Below are positions 9,957 through 19,803 of a stretch of DNA of 64,000 nucleotides, one piece after another (position 1 is the first letter of the stretch; the number at the start of each line of letters is the position of its first letter). Source of the DNA: Desulfobulbales bacterium. GTDB lineage: Bacteria; Desulfobacterota; Desulfobulbia; Desulfobulbales; Desulfocapsaceae. Location of the stretch: the NCBI GenBank assembly GCA_038204235.1, contig JBBRDD010000002.1:4583-68582 (forward strand). The letters are read 5' to 3'. The notes under the pieces are model-generated. The model was not told where the DNA came from. It saw nothing but the letters and a program-made list of their open reading frames with translations, and did no database searches. The position numbers and the translations under genes were made by a program.

Positions 9957-10987
9957 AACCTACTCCTCAAAATATTCTTGCAACGCTCTATACCGCTAAC
10001 ATATTGGATTAAGTCAGAACGAGTATCGGGAAATGAAAATCGACAAACCTTGAAAGGAGCATCTTGGTCATGATTGAAAGATGGCTTGTCCGCAAATCCT
10101 GGCTCGCCGACGACTGCACCAGATAAACCAATATCCCTGAAAATTGCAATCTCCCGGGGGCCGAAATCCGGCCATTGGCCGTTGGGATAGCAGAATATCG
10201 GGACAGGATTGTGAACTTCCTCACAGAGGCGCCGCCATGATTCCGATATTTCCCAAACGGCCTGCTGTTGCGTAGGTAACTGACTTAAAATTGGATGGGT
10301 GACCGTGTGGGGCCCAAAGGTCATTCCGTTTTTTTCACAATTCCGCGCATCATCCCAGGTCATTGGCGAATACATGTCCGGCGGAGTATCTGGTAAGTCC
10401 ACCTCGGCAATCTCTGCCATACCGAGGATGAACTGGTTCCGCTCCTCGCCTGCTACGGTCTTACAGAGTTGGATGCAATTTTCAAGGCCCGAACTGATGG
10501 CTTTTTCATCGCTCAAATCATATTGGCTGATCTTTCCATTCAGCGTCAGCTCAAACGTCTTTCTACGGCTATTTGCAAAGATGTATTCTACCTTGTTCCA
10601 CCACATCCACAACTGGCCATCAAGAAACCCTGAAGTCAGGAACGTCGTCACGGGGCAGTCAAACTCGGCAAAAATGGGAGCAGCGATCTCGGCATGATCG
10701 ATGTAACCGTCATCGATAGTGAAAACTACAGCTCCGTCGAGTGCAGGGCCATCTCCAGCTAATCGAGAGAACAGGTCCGTCAGGGAAAGGAACTCATGCT
10801 TGTGCCTGCGAAGGTACTCCAGGCCCTTACGGAATTGCCTGGGGTCGAACCCTTCAATTCCCTTGTCAGGATGGGTAAAGCGGTGCATCATGAATATTGT
10901 GGCGCAGTTACGCTGTGCATGCCGAAACAGAAACGGCACCCCTGGCATAAGAAGCATTTGATGATATACATTTTGAATAATGCCCAT
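9953..10987 (-). CDS. Polysaccharide deacetylase (CE4/NodB)
   Basis: FTIDDG, FGPHTVTHP and FCYPNG motifs. Confidence 0.9.
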   Translation of the reverse strand: MGIIQNVYHQMLLMPGVPFLFRHAQRNCATIFMMHRFTHPDKGIEGFDPRQFRKGLEYLRRHKHEFLSLTDLFSRLAGDGPALDGAVVFTIDDGYIDHAEIAAPIFAEFDCPVTTFLTSGFLDGQLWMWWNKVEYIFANSRRKTFELTLNGKISQYDLSDEKAISSGLENCIQLCKTVAGEERNQFILGMAEIAEVDLPDTPPDMYSPMTWDDARNCEKNGMTFGPHTVTHPILSQLPTQQQAVWEISESWRRLCEEVHNPVPIFCYPNGQWPDFGPREIAIFRDIGLSGAVVGEPGFADKPSFNHDQDAPFKVCRFSFPDTRSDLIQYVSGIERCKNILRSRL

Positions 10988-11274
10988 ATGTGCTTACACT
11001 CCCATTGGATTTGGGGCCAACCCTAACGGTTCACCAGTGCTGTGAATTTTTCGATCGTCGCGGGAGAAGGATTCAATTCAAAACCGATGTCCGACCCAGT
11101 ATATCACGATGCGCCAGGAACCCCGGAAGATCAGCAATTACGATGGAAAGAAGACATCCTGTCATCGTAAAAAGGATATCCGAAAGTTTTTCATATTGAA
11201 AGTTAAAAGTTCCCGACTCCAGCGCGCATATCTTATCTCGAGCCCGAAAAAGGCTGTTTTAAAACAATGACTCA

Positions 11275-12639
11275 TCAATCGGCTTTTTCTGTCAATGAGT
11301 CAAGCTGCTCCGCCAGTTTCCCGGCCAGGAGCTTAGTGTCAAAGTGTGCATACAGCGAAGGATCATTTCTTAGGCGGTCCCTGGCCGGGTCTTGCATTAG
11401 TTCAAAGATATATTCTGCAATGCCATCTATATCTGACGGATCAAAGCATGCACCACTGTTTGTATTTTCGATCAGGCTGGTGGCTGCACCAGGTTCAGAA
11501 ATGGCAATGATCCTGGTGCCGGACCCAAAATAATCATATATTTTGGCGGGAATATTAATATCTTGGACCGATGTGGCCAGCAGTACGAGCAGATGCGAAC
11601 GCTGCATGACATTTATTGCGTCCAGAAACGGGATCGGTCCGGAAACCTCAACAATTGACTCAAGACCATGATCCTTGATAATCGGGCCTATCGGCTTTCC
11701 GTCAATCGCCCCGCAGTCACCGAAGAGTTTGAAGCTGATTTCACCAGGCTTAACCCTATTCGAAGCGACAAGTTGTTGTATCGCCTTGAATATCGGATCT
11801 GGTGTCCTTTTAAGATAGATAGTTCCTGCATACGATAAGGTGAACGCATCAAACCTTTCTGGCAAAGAGTTGTTGAATTTATCGCTGTCAATGCCATTGG
11901 GAATGTATATAAATTTGTGTGGCGACTCACCCGGAAATCTGGCGATGATGGCTTTTCGGTGTTCATCCGTTGTCGTGATAATCTTGTCCGCATTATGTAT
12001 TACGAGTTTTTCCAGCCATTTCTCAATCTTATCGGACAATCGACAACGCAGGAGGTGGGACCTGTATGGAAGTATATCAATCCATGGGTCTCTGAAATCT
12101 GCCACCCATTTTACCTGCATAACTTTCTTTACAATTACCCCGATCAGATGGGAAGAGTGCGGTGGACTGGAGGTCATTATGCAGTCGAACTTTCCTCGCC
12201 TGACTTCCCTGACCGCCTGCAATGCGGCAGGAAGGATCCAGCATCGCTCCTCATCAGGAAAAGAACTGAAAGATATATAGTAACGCTTCAATCTTTGTAT
12301 CAGTGTTTCCGGCAGAGTGTTGCCGAGATTCTCCCCATACTGATCTTCGAACTCAGTTCTTGCTATTATCTTCCTTTTACTTCGTAACAAAGAAACCAAC
12401 TTCTTGATCGACAACAGGAACTTGGTAAAAGTTGGAAGCTGCCCAGTCTTCACGATTCTGATATCACCGAGGTCTTTCAGCCTTGCGCTGTCCAACTGGT
12501 CGCGATAGCAGTCTTTGACAGTCAATACCGTGGGTTCCCATCCGAATGACTGGAGATAACGAGCGAACTTGGCAATTCGCAGCCCGCCCACGGCATTGCT
12601 TGGCGGGAAATGATATGCTATAAACAGTATTTTTTTCAT
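11275..12639 (-). CDS. GT4 glycosyltransferase
   Basis: AYHFPP, TSSPPHS, DFRDPW, IPNG and PAKIYDY motifs. Confidence 0.9.
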   Translation of the reverse strand: MKKILFIAYHFPPSNAVGGLRIAKFARYLQSFGWEPTVLTVKDCYRDQLDSARLKDLGDIRIVKTGQLPTFTKFLLSIKKLVSLLRSKRKIIARTEFEDQYGENLGNTLPETLIQRLKRYYISFSSFPDEERCWILPAALQAVREVRRGKFDCIMTSSPPHSSHLIGVIVKKVMQVKWVADFRDPWIDILPYRSHLLRCRLSDKIEKWLEKLVIHNADKIITTTDEHRKAIIARFPGESPHKFIYIPNGIDSDKFNNSLPERFDAFTLSYAGTIYLKRTPDPIFKAIQQLVASNRVKPGEISFKLFGDCGAIDGKPIGPIIKDHGLESIVEVSGPIPFLDAINVMQRSHLLVLLATSVQDINIPAKIYDYFGSGTRIIAISEPGAATSLIENTNSGACFDPSDIDGIAEYIFELMQDPARDRLRNDPSLYAHFDTKLLAGKLAEQLDSLTEKAD

Positions 12640-12719
12640 TGGGTGTTGAAAGTTTGCGGTACAGTTAATAAAAAGTAATTCTCAGATTACACTATCAGAT
12701 ATTGATTTCAGTCTTTAAG

Positions 12720-13880
12720 TTAAGACCGGGAGCCATTCAATAATCTGGCAAAGAGAGTTTCATATCTGGCTCCAGCGTGTTCCCATAAAAAATTCGTACA
12801 TAGCCTCGTGTATCCGTTAGCAGCTAAGCGTGTTCTGAGATCTTCGTCTTCCAAAACGGAGTTTATCGCTTCACAAAGCGAAACAGGATTATCGGGTTCG
12901 ACCAGGATTCCACTGTTCCCATTCTCGATTATCTCCGGTATGCCGCCAACTCTGGTTGCCACGACCGGCTTACGACAGGCCATTGCCTCGGTAATCACAA
13001 TTCCAAAAGGCTCCGATCTTGATGGAAGTACAAATAATTCACAACCATGCAGCAACTGAATGACATCCTTACGGCCACGTTCCCCTAAAAAAACGATCCA
13101 GTCTTGCAGTCCTAATGCTTTAACCAATTCTTCATGCTCATGCCTCAATGGCCCATCCCCAACAAGCAAAAGTTGAATGGATGAGTTTCGGGCTTTCAGC
13201 TGAGAAAAAGCGTTAATCAAGATATCGATACCTTTCTTTTGGTTATGGGCAGCAATACACAGCAGGTATTTTTTATCGTCAATGATCTCGTTATTATATG
13301 AGGAGTCGTTTATTTCATCGATACTGACGCCATTATGAATGAAGGAGCCTTTATTTTTATGGTTCGGAAAAAGAGTCATAAAATCCTGCAAGAAGGCCTT
13401 CGAAGGAGCAACAATGCAATCAGACGATGCGAGAAGGAATCTTATGCCTAAGGGGTAATGCTCTTGCTGTTTTCCAGAGGGAAAAAAATCGGCTCCATGA
13501 ATCGATGTAATCAGCTTTATCTTTAGAAGTTTTCTACAAATTGCAAAATAGAAGAAATCTTCCAATGGATAATGCACGTTGATTATTTTTATCTTATGTA
13601 TCCAAAGTACATACATAAGTTGGATAAGAGTTGGGGGGAAAAAGAGTAAAAACGCAATGAGGCTTCTCGCCGAGTGACCTTTTATAAAAGGAACACGCAA
13701 TCTCAACGTGTAGCCAACAAACCCCCATTTGGTAGTCCCCTTGCTCAATATGTTTTGCGGCCCGGGATGCAGGAAAAAAACTTTATTTTTTTTTCCCGCT
13801 AAATAGGTGCCAAGGTTTCCGGCAACGGAGGCCACACCACCAAATTCCTGATCCCATGGAACTACGGTCAGTATATTCAT
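12720..13880 (-). CDS. GT4 glycosyltransferase
   Basis: GGV, HGAD, IHNG, KGID and EPFGIVITEAM motifs. Confidence 0.92.
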   Translation of the reverse strand: MNILTVVPWDQEFGGVASVAGNLGTYLAGKKNKVFFLHPGPQNILSKGTTKWGFVGYTLRLRVPFIKGHSARSLIAFLLFFPPTLIQLMYVLWIHKIKIINVHYPLEDFFYFAICRKLLKIKLITSIHGADFFPSGKQQEHYPLGIRFLLASSDCIVAPSKAFLQDFMTLFPNHKNKGSFIHNGVSIDEINDSSYNNEIIDDKKYLLCIAAHNQKKGIDILINAFSQLKARNSSIQLLLVGDGPLRHEHEELVKALGLQDWIVFLGERGRKDVIQLLHGCELFVLPSRSEPFGIVITEAMACRKPVVATRVGGIPEIIENGNSGILVEPDNPVSLCEAINSVLEDEDLRTRLAANGYTRLCTNFLWEHAGARYETLFARLLNGSRS

Positions 13881-13969
13881 CTCGATGAAACCACCGATAC
13901 GTTCAATGTCTTCTGAATCATCTCACCTTCCTCCACTCTCATACATAGCGGACACATAACATTCAATTA

Positions 13970-14974
13970 TCAAAATCCCCATTGAAATATTCTGGCAACG
14001 AGCTTGCGGTAAGCCTGCACAGCTTTTCCTGGAACGAACGTTTTGAGCAAAGCAATTGCACTCTTTGGTTTGAATTGCCATTTCAAAGAACGTAAATAGG
14101 ACTTTCTTGCCTCTTCCACACGTCCCTCTCGGAAATAAAGGAATCCCAGGTAAAAATATTGTCCAGATATCCTGGCTTGATACGTTGCCTTCTCCTTCAT
14201 TGACAACAAGTCTCGTGCCCTCTGAAAATTTGTGGAATGCGCGGCAATTGATCCCGTGAGCGCGGCCTCAACGTTTTTTGTGATGCTTTGATCGTGTAGC
14301 CGGTAATAACTTAATACCTCGTCAATATAGGCAACGCGACTCCCTTTTACTAACCGGAACCAGAGGTCTATGTCCTCTCCAATTGCCAAATCTTCCGGAA
14401 ACCAGGTGTCTTCACGATCCAGCCTTTCTTTGCGGATCATAACCGACGAGGTATGTATCCCTGTGACGGTTGTGGACATAAAGTTGTAAAATTCAGGAAG
14501 GGTGACAGAGACCCGCCCGCCGACGTCTTCCAGGTAATCAGCAGCCTTTGCCTGAAAGCCTGCCGATTCGAGGAAAGTCCCTTCCCTCTCTTCACCATTA
14601 TGCGTCAAATATTTAACATCATGAAAAACCACGTCAATTTCCGGATAAATAGCCAATACATCCAAGCTTCTTGCTATCTTTCCAGGGTGATACAGATCAT
14701 CTCCATCCAGAAAGCTGACGATTTTGCCGCTGGCGTTTCTTAATCCCGTATTCCGCGCAATTGACGGCTTGCCTGAGTTGAATTGGTGAAAGACCTTAAT
14801 TCTCGAATCCTCTTCAGCAAGAGACTTAAGGATTTCTGGCGTGTTGTCTGTGGACCCATCGTCCACCACGATGATTTCAATACTTTTCTCAGTCTGCTCC
14901 ATGACGGACCTGACTGTTTCTTCAATATACGATTCGCAATTATAAACTGGTATTATTACAGAAACTTCAGTCAT
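13970..14974 (-). CDS. GT2 glycosyltransferase with C-terminal TPR-like helix pair
   Basis: VIIPVYN, DDGSTD, ARN, FLDGDD and GEDIDLW motifs, with the tail YFYLGFLYFREGRVEEARKSY. Confidence 0.9.
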   Translation of the reverse strand: MTEVSVIIPVYNCESYIEETVRSVMEQTEKSIEIIVVDDGSTDNTPEILKSLAEEDSRIKVFHQFNSGKPSIARNTGLRNASGKIVSFLDGDDLYHPGKIARSLDVLAIYPEIDVVFHDVKYLTHNGEEREGTFLESAGFQAKAADYLEDVGGRVSVTLPEFYNFMSTTVTGIHTSSVMIRKERLDREDTWFPEDLAIGEDIDLWFRLVKGSRVAYIDEVLSYYRLHDQSITKNVEAALTGSIAAHSTNFQRARDLLSMKEKATYQARISGQYFYLGFLYFREGRVEEARKSYLRSLKWQFKPKSAIALLKTFVPGKAVQAYRKLVARIFQWGF

Positions 14975-15345
14975 ATTACCTGCTCTTCATTTCTTATTGA
15001 TTGAATGGCTCAGTTCAGGTCGATTAGCTACATCCCCCCACCAGAAATTACGTCTTCTGCATGGATCGTTAAATAATTTGCCTTTTGTCATAACATTATT
15101 CTCGGTTTGTCAAACCCAGGTCAGCCACGTAGGATGCCCCGCTACACCACCGTTGCACCGATGTCCAAATTGCCACTTTGACGCGAGGAAACCGAAACAG
15201 TTAATGCTATGATTACAAGAAGATAGTTGCATGGAAAAAGTGTTTTCAGGCCAGTATCACCCTCAGCATCTACCATTTACCCCACGTTAATGTATCCCTG
15301 GGTTAATATTCTAGATAAAGGAAAAACTTATCACCGGATAAGTAA

Positions 15346-16983
15346 TTATTTAAACACTCCTGGCAAGCTACGAAACCAGCGCAGATGTCCACTAACTCTT
15401 TTTCCAAGCCAGTCTGGCAAGAACATACTGAAAGAGAAGGAATGATCAAATTTCAGTAATTTTAGCAGTATTCTTACTCTTTCTACATATGATAAGAGAT
15501 ATATGTATTGATTAATTCTCCCCCCAAAGTTGGCTCTTTGACTATAGAGGCGATTGAGCAACATATCTATTTCACTAAAAGTGTACTCACATGATTTTAT
15601 CGGCAGCGAACTTATTTCTGCAGAATTGCACGTTTTTGCATATAGTTCATGCAATTGACGCCGCCAGCCATTTCCACAATGATGTTCTAATATGTTTATT
15701 TTTGTACGCTCACCTTCGGCCAATCTAAACGGTTTATCATCTATTAATTGTGTAAGAGTCTCTTCAAAGCTATCCAAACTTGTCGATTGAAACATCACCC
15801 CGGATAGCCCTGGTGCTCCTGCGCCCAGAATCTTTGCTTCTTCGGAGTACCTGCAGTACGTTACTACGGGCAAACCAAAACTCCCTGCCTCAAGCAAGGA
15901 TGTTATTGAAGAGAAAGGAAAGGAATCAATATAAATATCAGCTGCTTGATAATAACAGGCGGTATCAGAGCGTTGGCCATATGTCAAAATGCGGCCATTA
16001 GTATTATCATGCCCTTTCTGCCATATCTCAGTATAATCAGGTCCTACAGCTAAGAGTATTGCATTTTTGTGTTTTTGAAGCACCGGAGTTACAATATCTA
16101 CAAAGCTAGATTCTCCTATCGACTCATATTTAAAGGCTGTGGCTATGGTAAGTAATATGATCGTATCTTCGGAGAACCCTAACTGTTTTTTTGCTTCAGA
16201 TTGTGACAATTCGCGACGCATTGAACCAAGCGGCGTTGGCAGAAAAACTATTTTTTCCAGCGGGATCCCTCTCCTCTCTTGCGATAGCGGCAAAGAACAA
16301 TCACGGAGGTGAACAAATATATTGCTAATGCTAACTCCTAACCAAAAGGTATGATCAGAATGATTAATAAAAACGGTTGGGGGTAAATCATGGCCGTCGC
16401 CAAATGCAATAATCGGTGTAATGTCATCTGGAAATAGATGCAGCACAATCAGGTCTACGTGCTCAGCTATCCGTCGTAATTCTTTAGCCCCAGAGATAAT
16501 GGAGGAGTGGTCTTTGTCAATTACATGCAGCGCGCCACCGGCTTGTGAGACAGCATCAGTCATTAACTGAGGTATTTCCTGGCGCCCTTGTCTGGTTAAC
16601 GCAACGGAATGCGTCCTCTCAGGGTCCTCTTGGATCCATCTCCAAACATAACGCGTATCACCACCCGTATGCCTGGCTGCGTTCAAAACATGCAGCACGT
16701 GTTTTGGTTCAATTGGTTTTTTTCTTGAAACATTACCACCGGACCCTACGGTTTTACATCCGATGGTTCGCAGAATATTCTCAAGTTTGTCGCTGGCAAA
16801 GAGACCACAATGATTGAAGAAAGCCTGTGAAGCCGCCAGTTGAGCACACGCGACGGATGCCTCAAATTGTTCGTTGCCCATATAATAATCCGACAACTTG
16901 ACGAGAGCCTCAAAGCACTCGTATTCATTGGAAACTTTAGACTGAATAGAACTTGTATCCTTGGAGTACATTGCAAATACCAT
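15346..16983 (-). CDS. GT-B fold glycosyltransferase-like protein (GT4/GT41-like C-terminus)
   Basis: GGDTR, NHSDHTFWLG and ADIYIDSFPFSSITSLLEA..GLPVV motifs. Confidence 0.7.
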   Translation of the reverse strand: MVFAMYSKDTSSIQSKVSNEYECFEALVKLSDYYMGNEQFEASVACAQLAASQAFFNHCGLFASDKLENILRTIGCKTVGSGGNVSRKKPIEPKHVLHVLNAARHTGGDTRYVWRWIQEDPERTHSVALTRQGRQEIPQLMTDAVSQAGGALHVIDKDHSSIISGAKELRRIAEHVDLIVLHLFPDDITPIIAFGDGHDLPPTVFINHSDHTFWLGVSISNIFVHLRDCSLPLSQERRGIPLEKIVFLPTPLGSMRRELSQSEAKKQLGFSEDTIILLTIATAFKYESIGESSFVDIVTPVLQKHKNAILLAVGPDYTEIWQKGHDNTNGRILTYGQRSDTACYYQAADIYIDSFPFSSITSLLEAGSFGLPVVTYCRYSEEAKILGAGAPGLSGVMFQSTSLDSFEETLTQLIDDKPFRLAEGERTKINILEHHCGNGWRRQLHELYAKTCNSAEISSLPIKSCEYTFSEIDMLLNRLYSQRANFGGRINQYIYLLSYVERVRILLKLLKFDHSFSFSMFLPDWLGKRVSGHLRWFRSLPGVFK

Positions 16984-17059
16984 GTATCAGTTAATTCCTC
17001 ATCTAATTGTAAATCTCCGCAACCAAAATTCTGGAGATTTGCCTAACATCAGGATAATT

Positions 17060-18619
17060 CTAGTGTGGTTTATTTCTTCTGAGCAGGCGCTGCATTGGCG
17101 TCATTACAAACCTTTCTTGTTCTGATCTGGTAAGTCCAACCAGTACTACTGTAATTGCTATACCGATTCCAGCAACAAAACCCTGCAGAATAAGATTCTG
17201 CCAGTTTTCCGGCCTTCCCATGAGGTAGCGAGTTGTCATTATAATGCTGACCTGTAGCATGGCTGTAGCGGCGGGACGCACGCACGCTCGACGCAGAAAA
17301 TCCTTGATAGAGAGACCCATAATCTTTTGCAACAGTAATGGAATAGTAATCAAATCAATGAGCACCGAAGCGATAACTGTCGCTGCAGCAATGCCGGCCA
17401 GACCATATGGCCGGATCAAAATCACGCTGAACGAAAGGTTCAAGATGGAACCACAAATAAGCGCCTTCGCTATTGCCTGCACTCGTCCCGCCCCAATCAG
17501 GATTTGCCCGGCGACACTGGAAATATAGGTGGTAAAGGTGCTGCATATTAAAATTTGGAAGACTAATGCCACAGAATGAAATTGCGCCCCGCTCACGTAC
17601 TTTTCCCCAACCCATAGACGGTAAAAATCATCAGACCAAAACATTGCACCTAATACGATGGAGATCATCACCAGCATCATAAGCCGGGAGCCATCGTGAT
17701 AAAGACGCACGAGCTCGTTTTTATTACCCTTAGCGTGTATTTCAACAGCCACGGGATAGATAACCTGGCCGATCGGAACAAGTATAGAATTGACATTCCT
17801 GAGAAGGCCCGTGGCCAGGGCGTAGTACCCAATAGCTGCGATGGGCATGAATGCAGCAATCATTATATTTGGCACATAATTGTAAACATACGCATTTATC
17901 GAAATTAAAAAATTCCACCCCCCAAACGAAGCAACCTCTCGAAATCTTGCAATATTTGACCGCTGCCAGGACACATTCAGCTCTGGCGCCAGACGGCGTG
18001 CGACTTGCCAGCGAATCAGATAGTCGATTATGTTTGCTCCGCAGAAAGCTGCGCTAACGCCGATAAGTCCATAACCCATTTTGAGAGTTGTAAAAATACC
18101 GACTGCAGTCAGCAATCTCGTCCCTATCCCTATCAGGTTCGACAGGTCGAAGCGCTGCATAGCCGTGAAGATGGCCGCATATGGTGAATAAACTATTTCT
18201 ATGGCACTGCTGAGACCGACAATCAGGATACACCAAAATGCTTCATGCATAAACTCAGATGGAATGGCAATGAGACGAGGCGCTATATAAGCACCCAAGA
18301 TGCTGAGAAAGGCCACTACCCCTGCCAACAGGGAAAGGGCAACCACGGCGCTACTGAGAGTTTCACTTGCTTTATCATAGTCCCGCAAAGAAAGATAGCG
18401 CGTCAGGTACTGAGCGACGCCAGCACGAAAGCCAAGGTCCAGGAAACCATAGTAGCCGACGAAGCTTGACGTCAAAATCCAGATGCCGTATCTCGCTGCG
18501 CCGAGTTCGTTCAGCACGAAAGGAGTCAGAACCAGAGTCACGGCTGCACTGACGACGTAGCCCACCCAGTTGCTGGCGATGTTACGAAGTATTACAGCTG
18601 ACCTACTCATTTTAATCAT
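17060..18619 (-). CDS. wzx: Wzx-type polysaccharide flippase
   Basis: About 14 TM segments; N-terminal RNIASNW...TPF...LG...YGIW...DLG pattern typical of MOP/PST flippases. Confidence 0.88.
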   Translation of the reverse strand: MIKMSRSAVILRNIASNWVGYVVSAAVTLVLTPFVLNELGAARYGIWILTSSFVGYYGFLDLGFRAGVAQYLTRYLSLRDYDKASETLSSAVVALSLLAGVVAFLSILGAYIAPRLIAIPSEFMHEAFWCILIVGLSSAIEIVYSPYAAIFTAMQRFDLSNLIGIGTRLLTAVGIFTTLKMGYGLIGVSAAFCGANIIDYLIRWQVARRLAPELNVSWQRSNIARFREVASFGGWNFLISINAYVYNYVPNIMIAAFMPIAAIGYYALATGLLRNVNSILVPIGQVIYPVAVEIHAKGNKNELVRLYHDGSRLMMLVMISIVLGAMFWSDDFYRLWVGEKYVSGAQFHSVALVFQILICSTFTTYISSVAGQILIGAGRVQAIAKALICGSILNLSFSVILIRPYGLAGIAAATVIASVLIDLITIPLLLQKIMGLSIKDFLRRACVRPAATAMLQVSIIMTTRYLMGRPENWQNLILQGFVAGIGIAITVVLVGLTRSEQERFVMTPMQRLLRRNKPH

Positions 18620-19002
18620 TACTGTACCTTATTCCTCTTCCTCTCGCTTTAGGAGGTCCGATTGATTTATCCATTCAGCTGTCACAACTAGATTTTAAGG
18701 TATGACCTTTTGGCTTTCTAGCAGAAATATGCATCTACTCTGCAATACACAAGCATGAAATCCACCTCATCAACCATGGGGATCGATGCTTTTGGCGTCA
18801 GAGTCGACAAAATCGGGAAGTCTGGAGAGATGGCGAGACGCTAAAATTGCACTGAGATTGATCTTCTTTTCTAAAGCTCAGACAGGGAACTGTATCTGAT
18901 TACGTAATTAGCATAATTTACCATGAGAAGGAATCAAATTATCGTGAAAGAAAAATTACCTTTCCCTCCTGGCAGGAATATCTGGTGACGCTCGCAACAT
19001 TT

Positions 19003-19803
19003 TCACATTTCTTTAGAGAATCCAGGTAGTAAGACCGAAGCAGGAAATCCATCTGGAGCTACTTCCCAACACTGAAGCCTCATTTTTTTCGCCTCAATAG
19101 CCACTGCTGCAACAAATTCAGGCGCGGGTGTAAGATTGCATATACTCCATCTTAAAGCTATACTTGAGTCACCGGAGACCGCAATCAAGCGAGCGGGTTC
19201 TTCTGGCAGACAGCTCACTTCAACCTCGCGCAGTAACTCAGTAATTCCTTCACCGGTTGCCTTGAGATAGGCTTCTTTGCGAGTCCAGAGGTTGTAAAAG
19301 GCAAGCTGTTTATCCTGTGCAATAAGATTGTCAAACAACTCGCGCTCAGATGGCCGGCAGCACCAATCCAGCAGTGCTGCCGCATCTTTACCCCTCCTGA
19401 TCCGTTCAATATCAATGCCAACGGGACCGATTGCCGTGACTGCGACCAATGCCATCGCTTCCGAATGGGAGATGTTAAAGTGAATACCTGAACTGCCGAA
19501 CTCACTGGTGAGCTCTGGTTTACCGTATGGAGTATAATTGAAATCCACACCTTCAGGCTCAATTTGAAGGTAGCGACCTAAAATCGCCCGCAATAGGCCG
19601 CGTCGAGCTATAAAACGGTTTTGATGTTGCCGGAATCTGAACTTTTTTGCCCGCATTCGTTCGCCGTCGGAAAGGCTCGCCGCCAGTGCCGCTAAAGTGG
19701 TTGGAGCGACGTCAATACATGACGCCCAGACATGAATATCGTTTTTTCTCAGCTGGGACTGGCCTGACGGAATGCGCCACGAATTCTGCCCTTCAGCCAT
19801 CAT
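19003..19803 (-). CDS. Sfp-type 4'-phosphopantetheinyl transferase
   Basis: YGKPEL, FNISHS, VGIDIE and WTRKEAYLKATGEG motifs. Overlaps the NRPS stop (translational coupling). Confidence 0.95.
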   Translation of the reverse strand: MMAEGQNSWRIPSGQSQLRKNDIHVWASCIDVAPTTLAALAASLSDGERMRAKKFRFRQHQNRFIARRGLLRAILGRYLQIEPEGVDFNYTPYGKPELTSEFGSSGIHFNISHSEAMALVAVTAIGPVGIDIERIRRGKDAAALLDWCCRPSERELFDNLIAQDKQLAFYNLWTRKEAYLKATGEGITELLREVEVSCLPEEPARLIAVSGDSSIALRWSICNLTPAPEFVAAVAIEAKKMRLQCWEVAPDGFPASVLLPGFSKEM

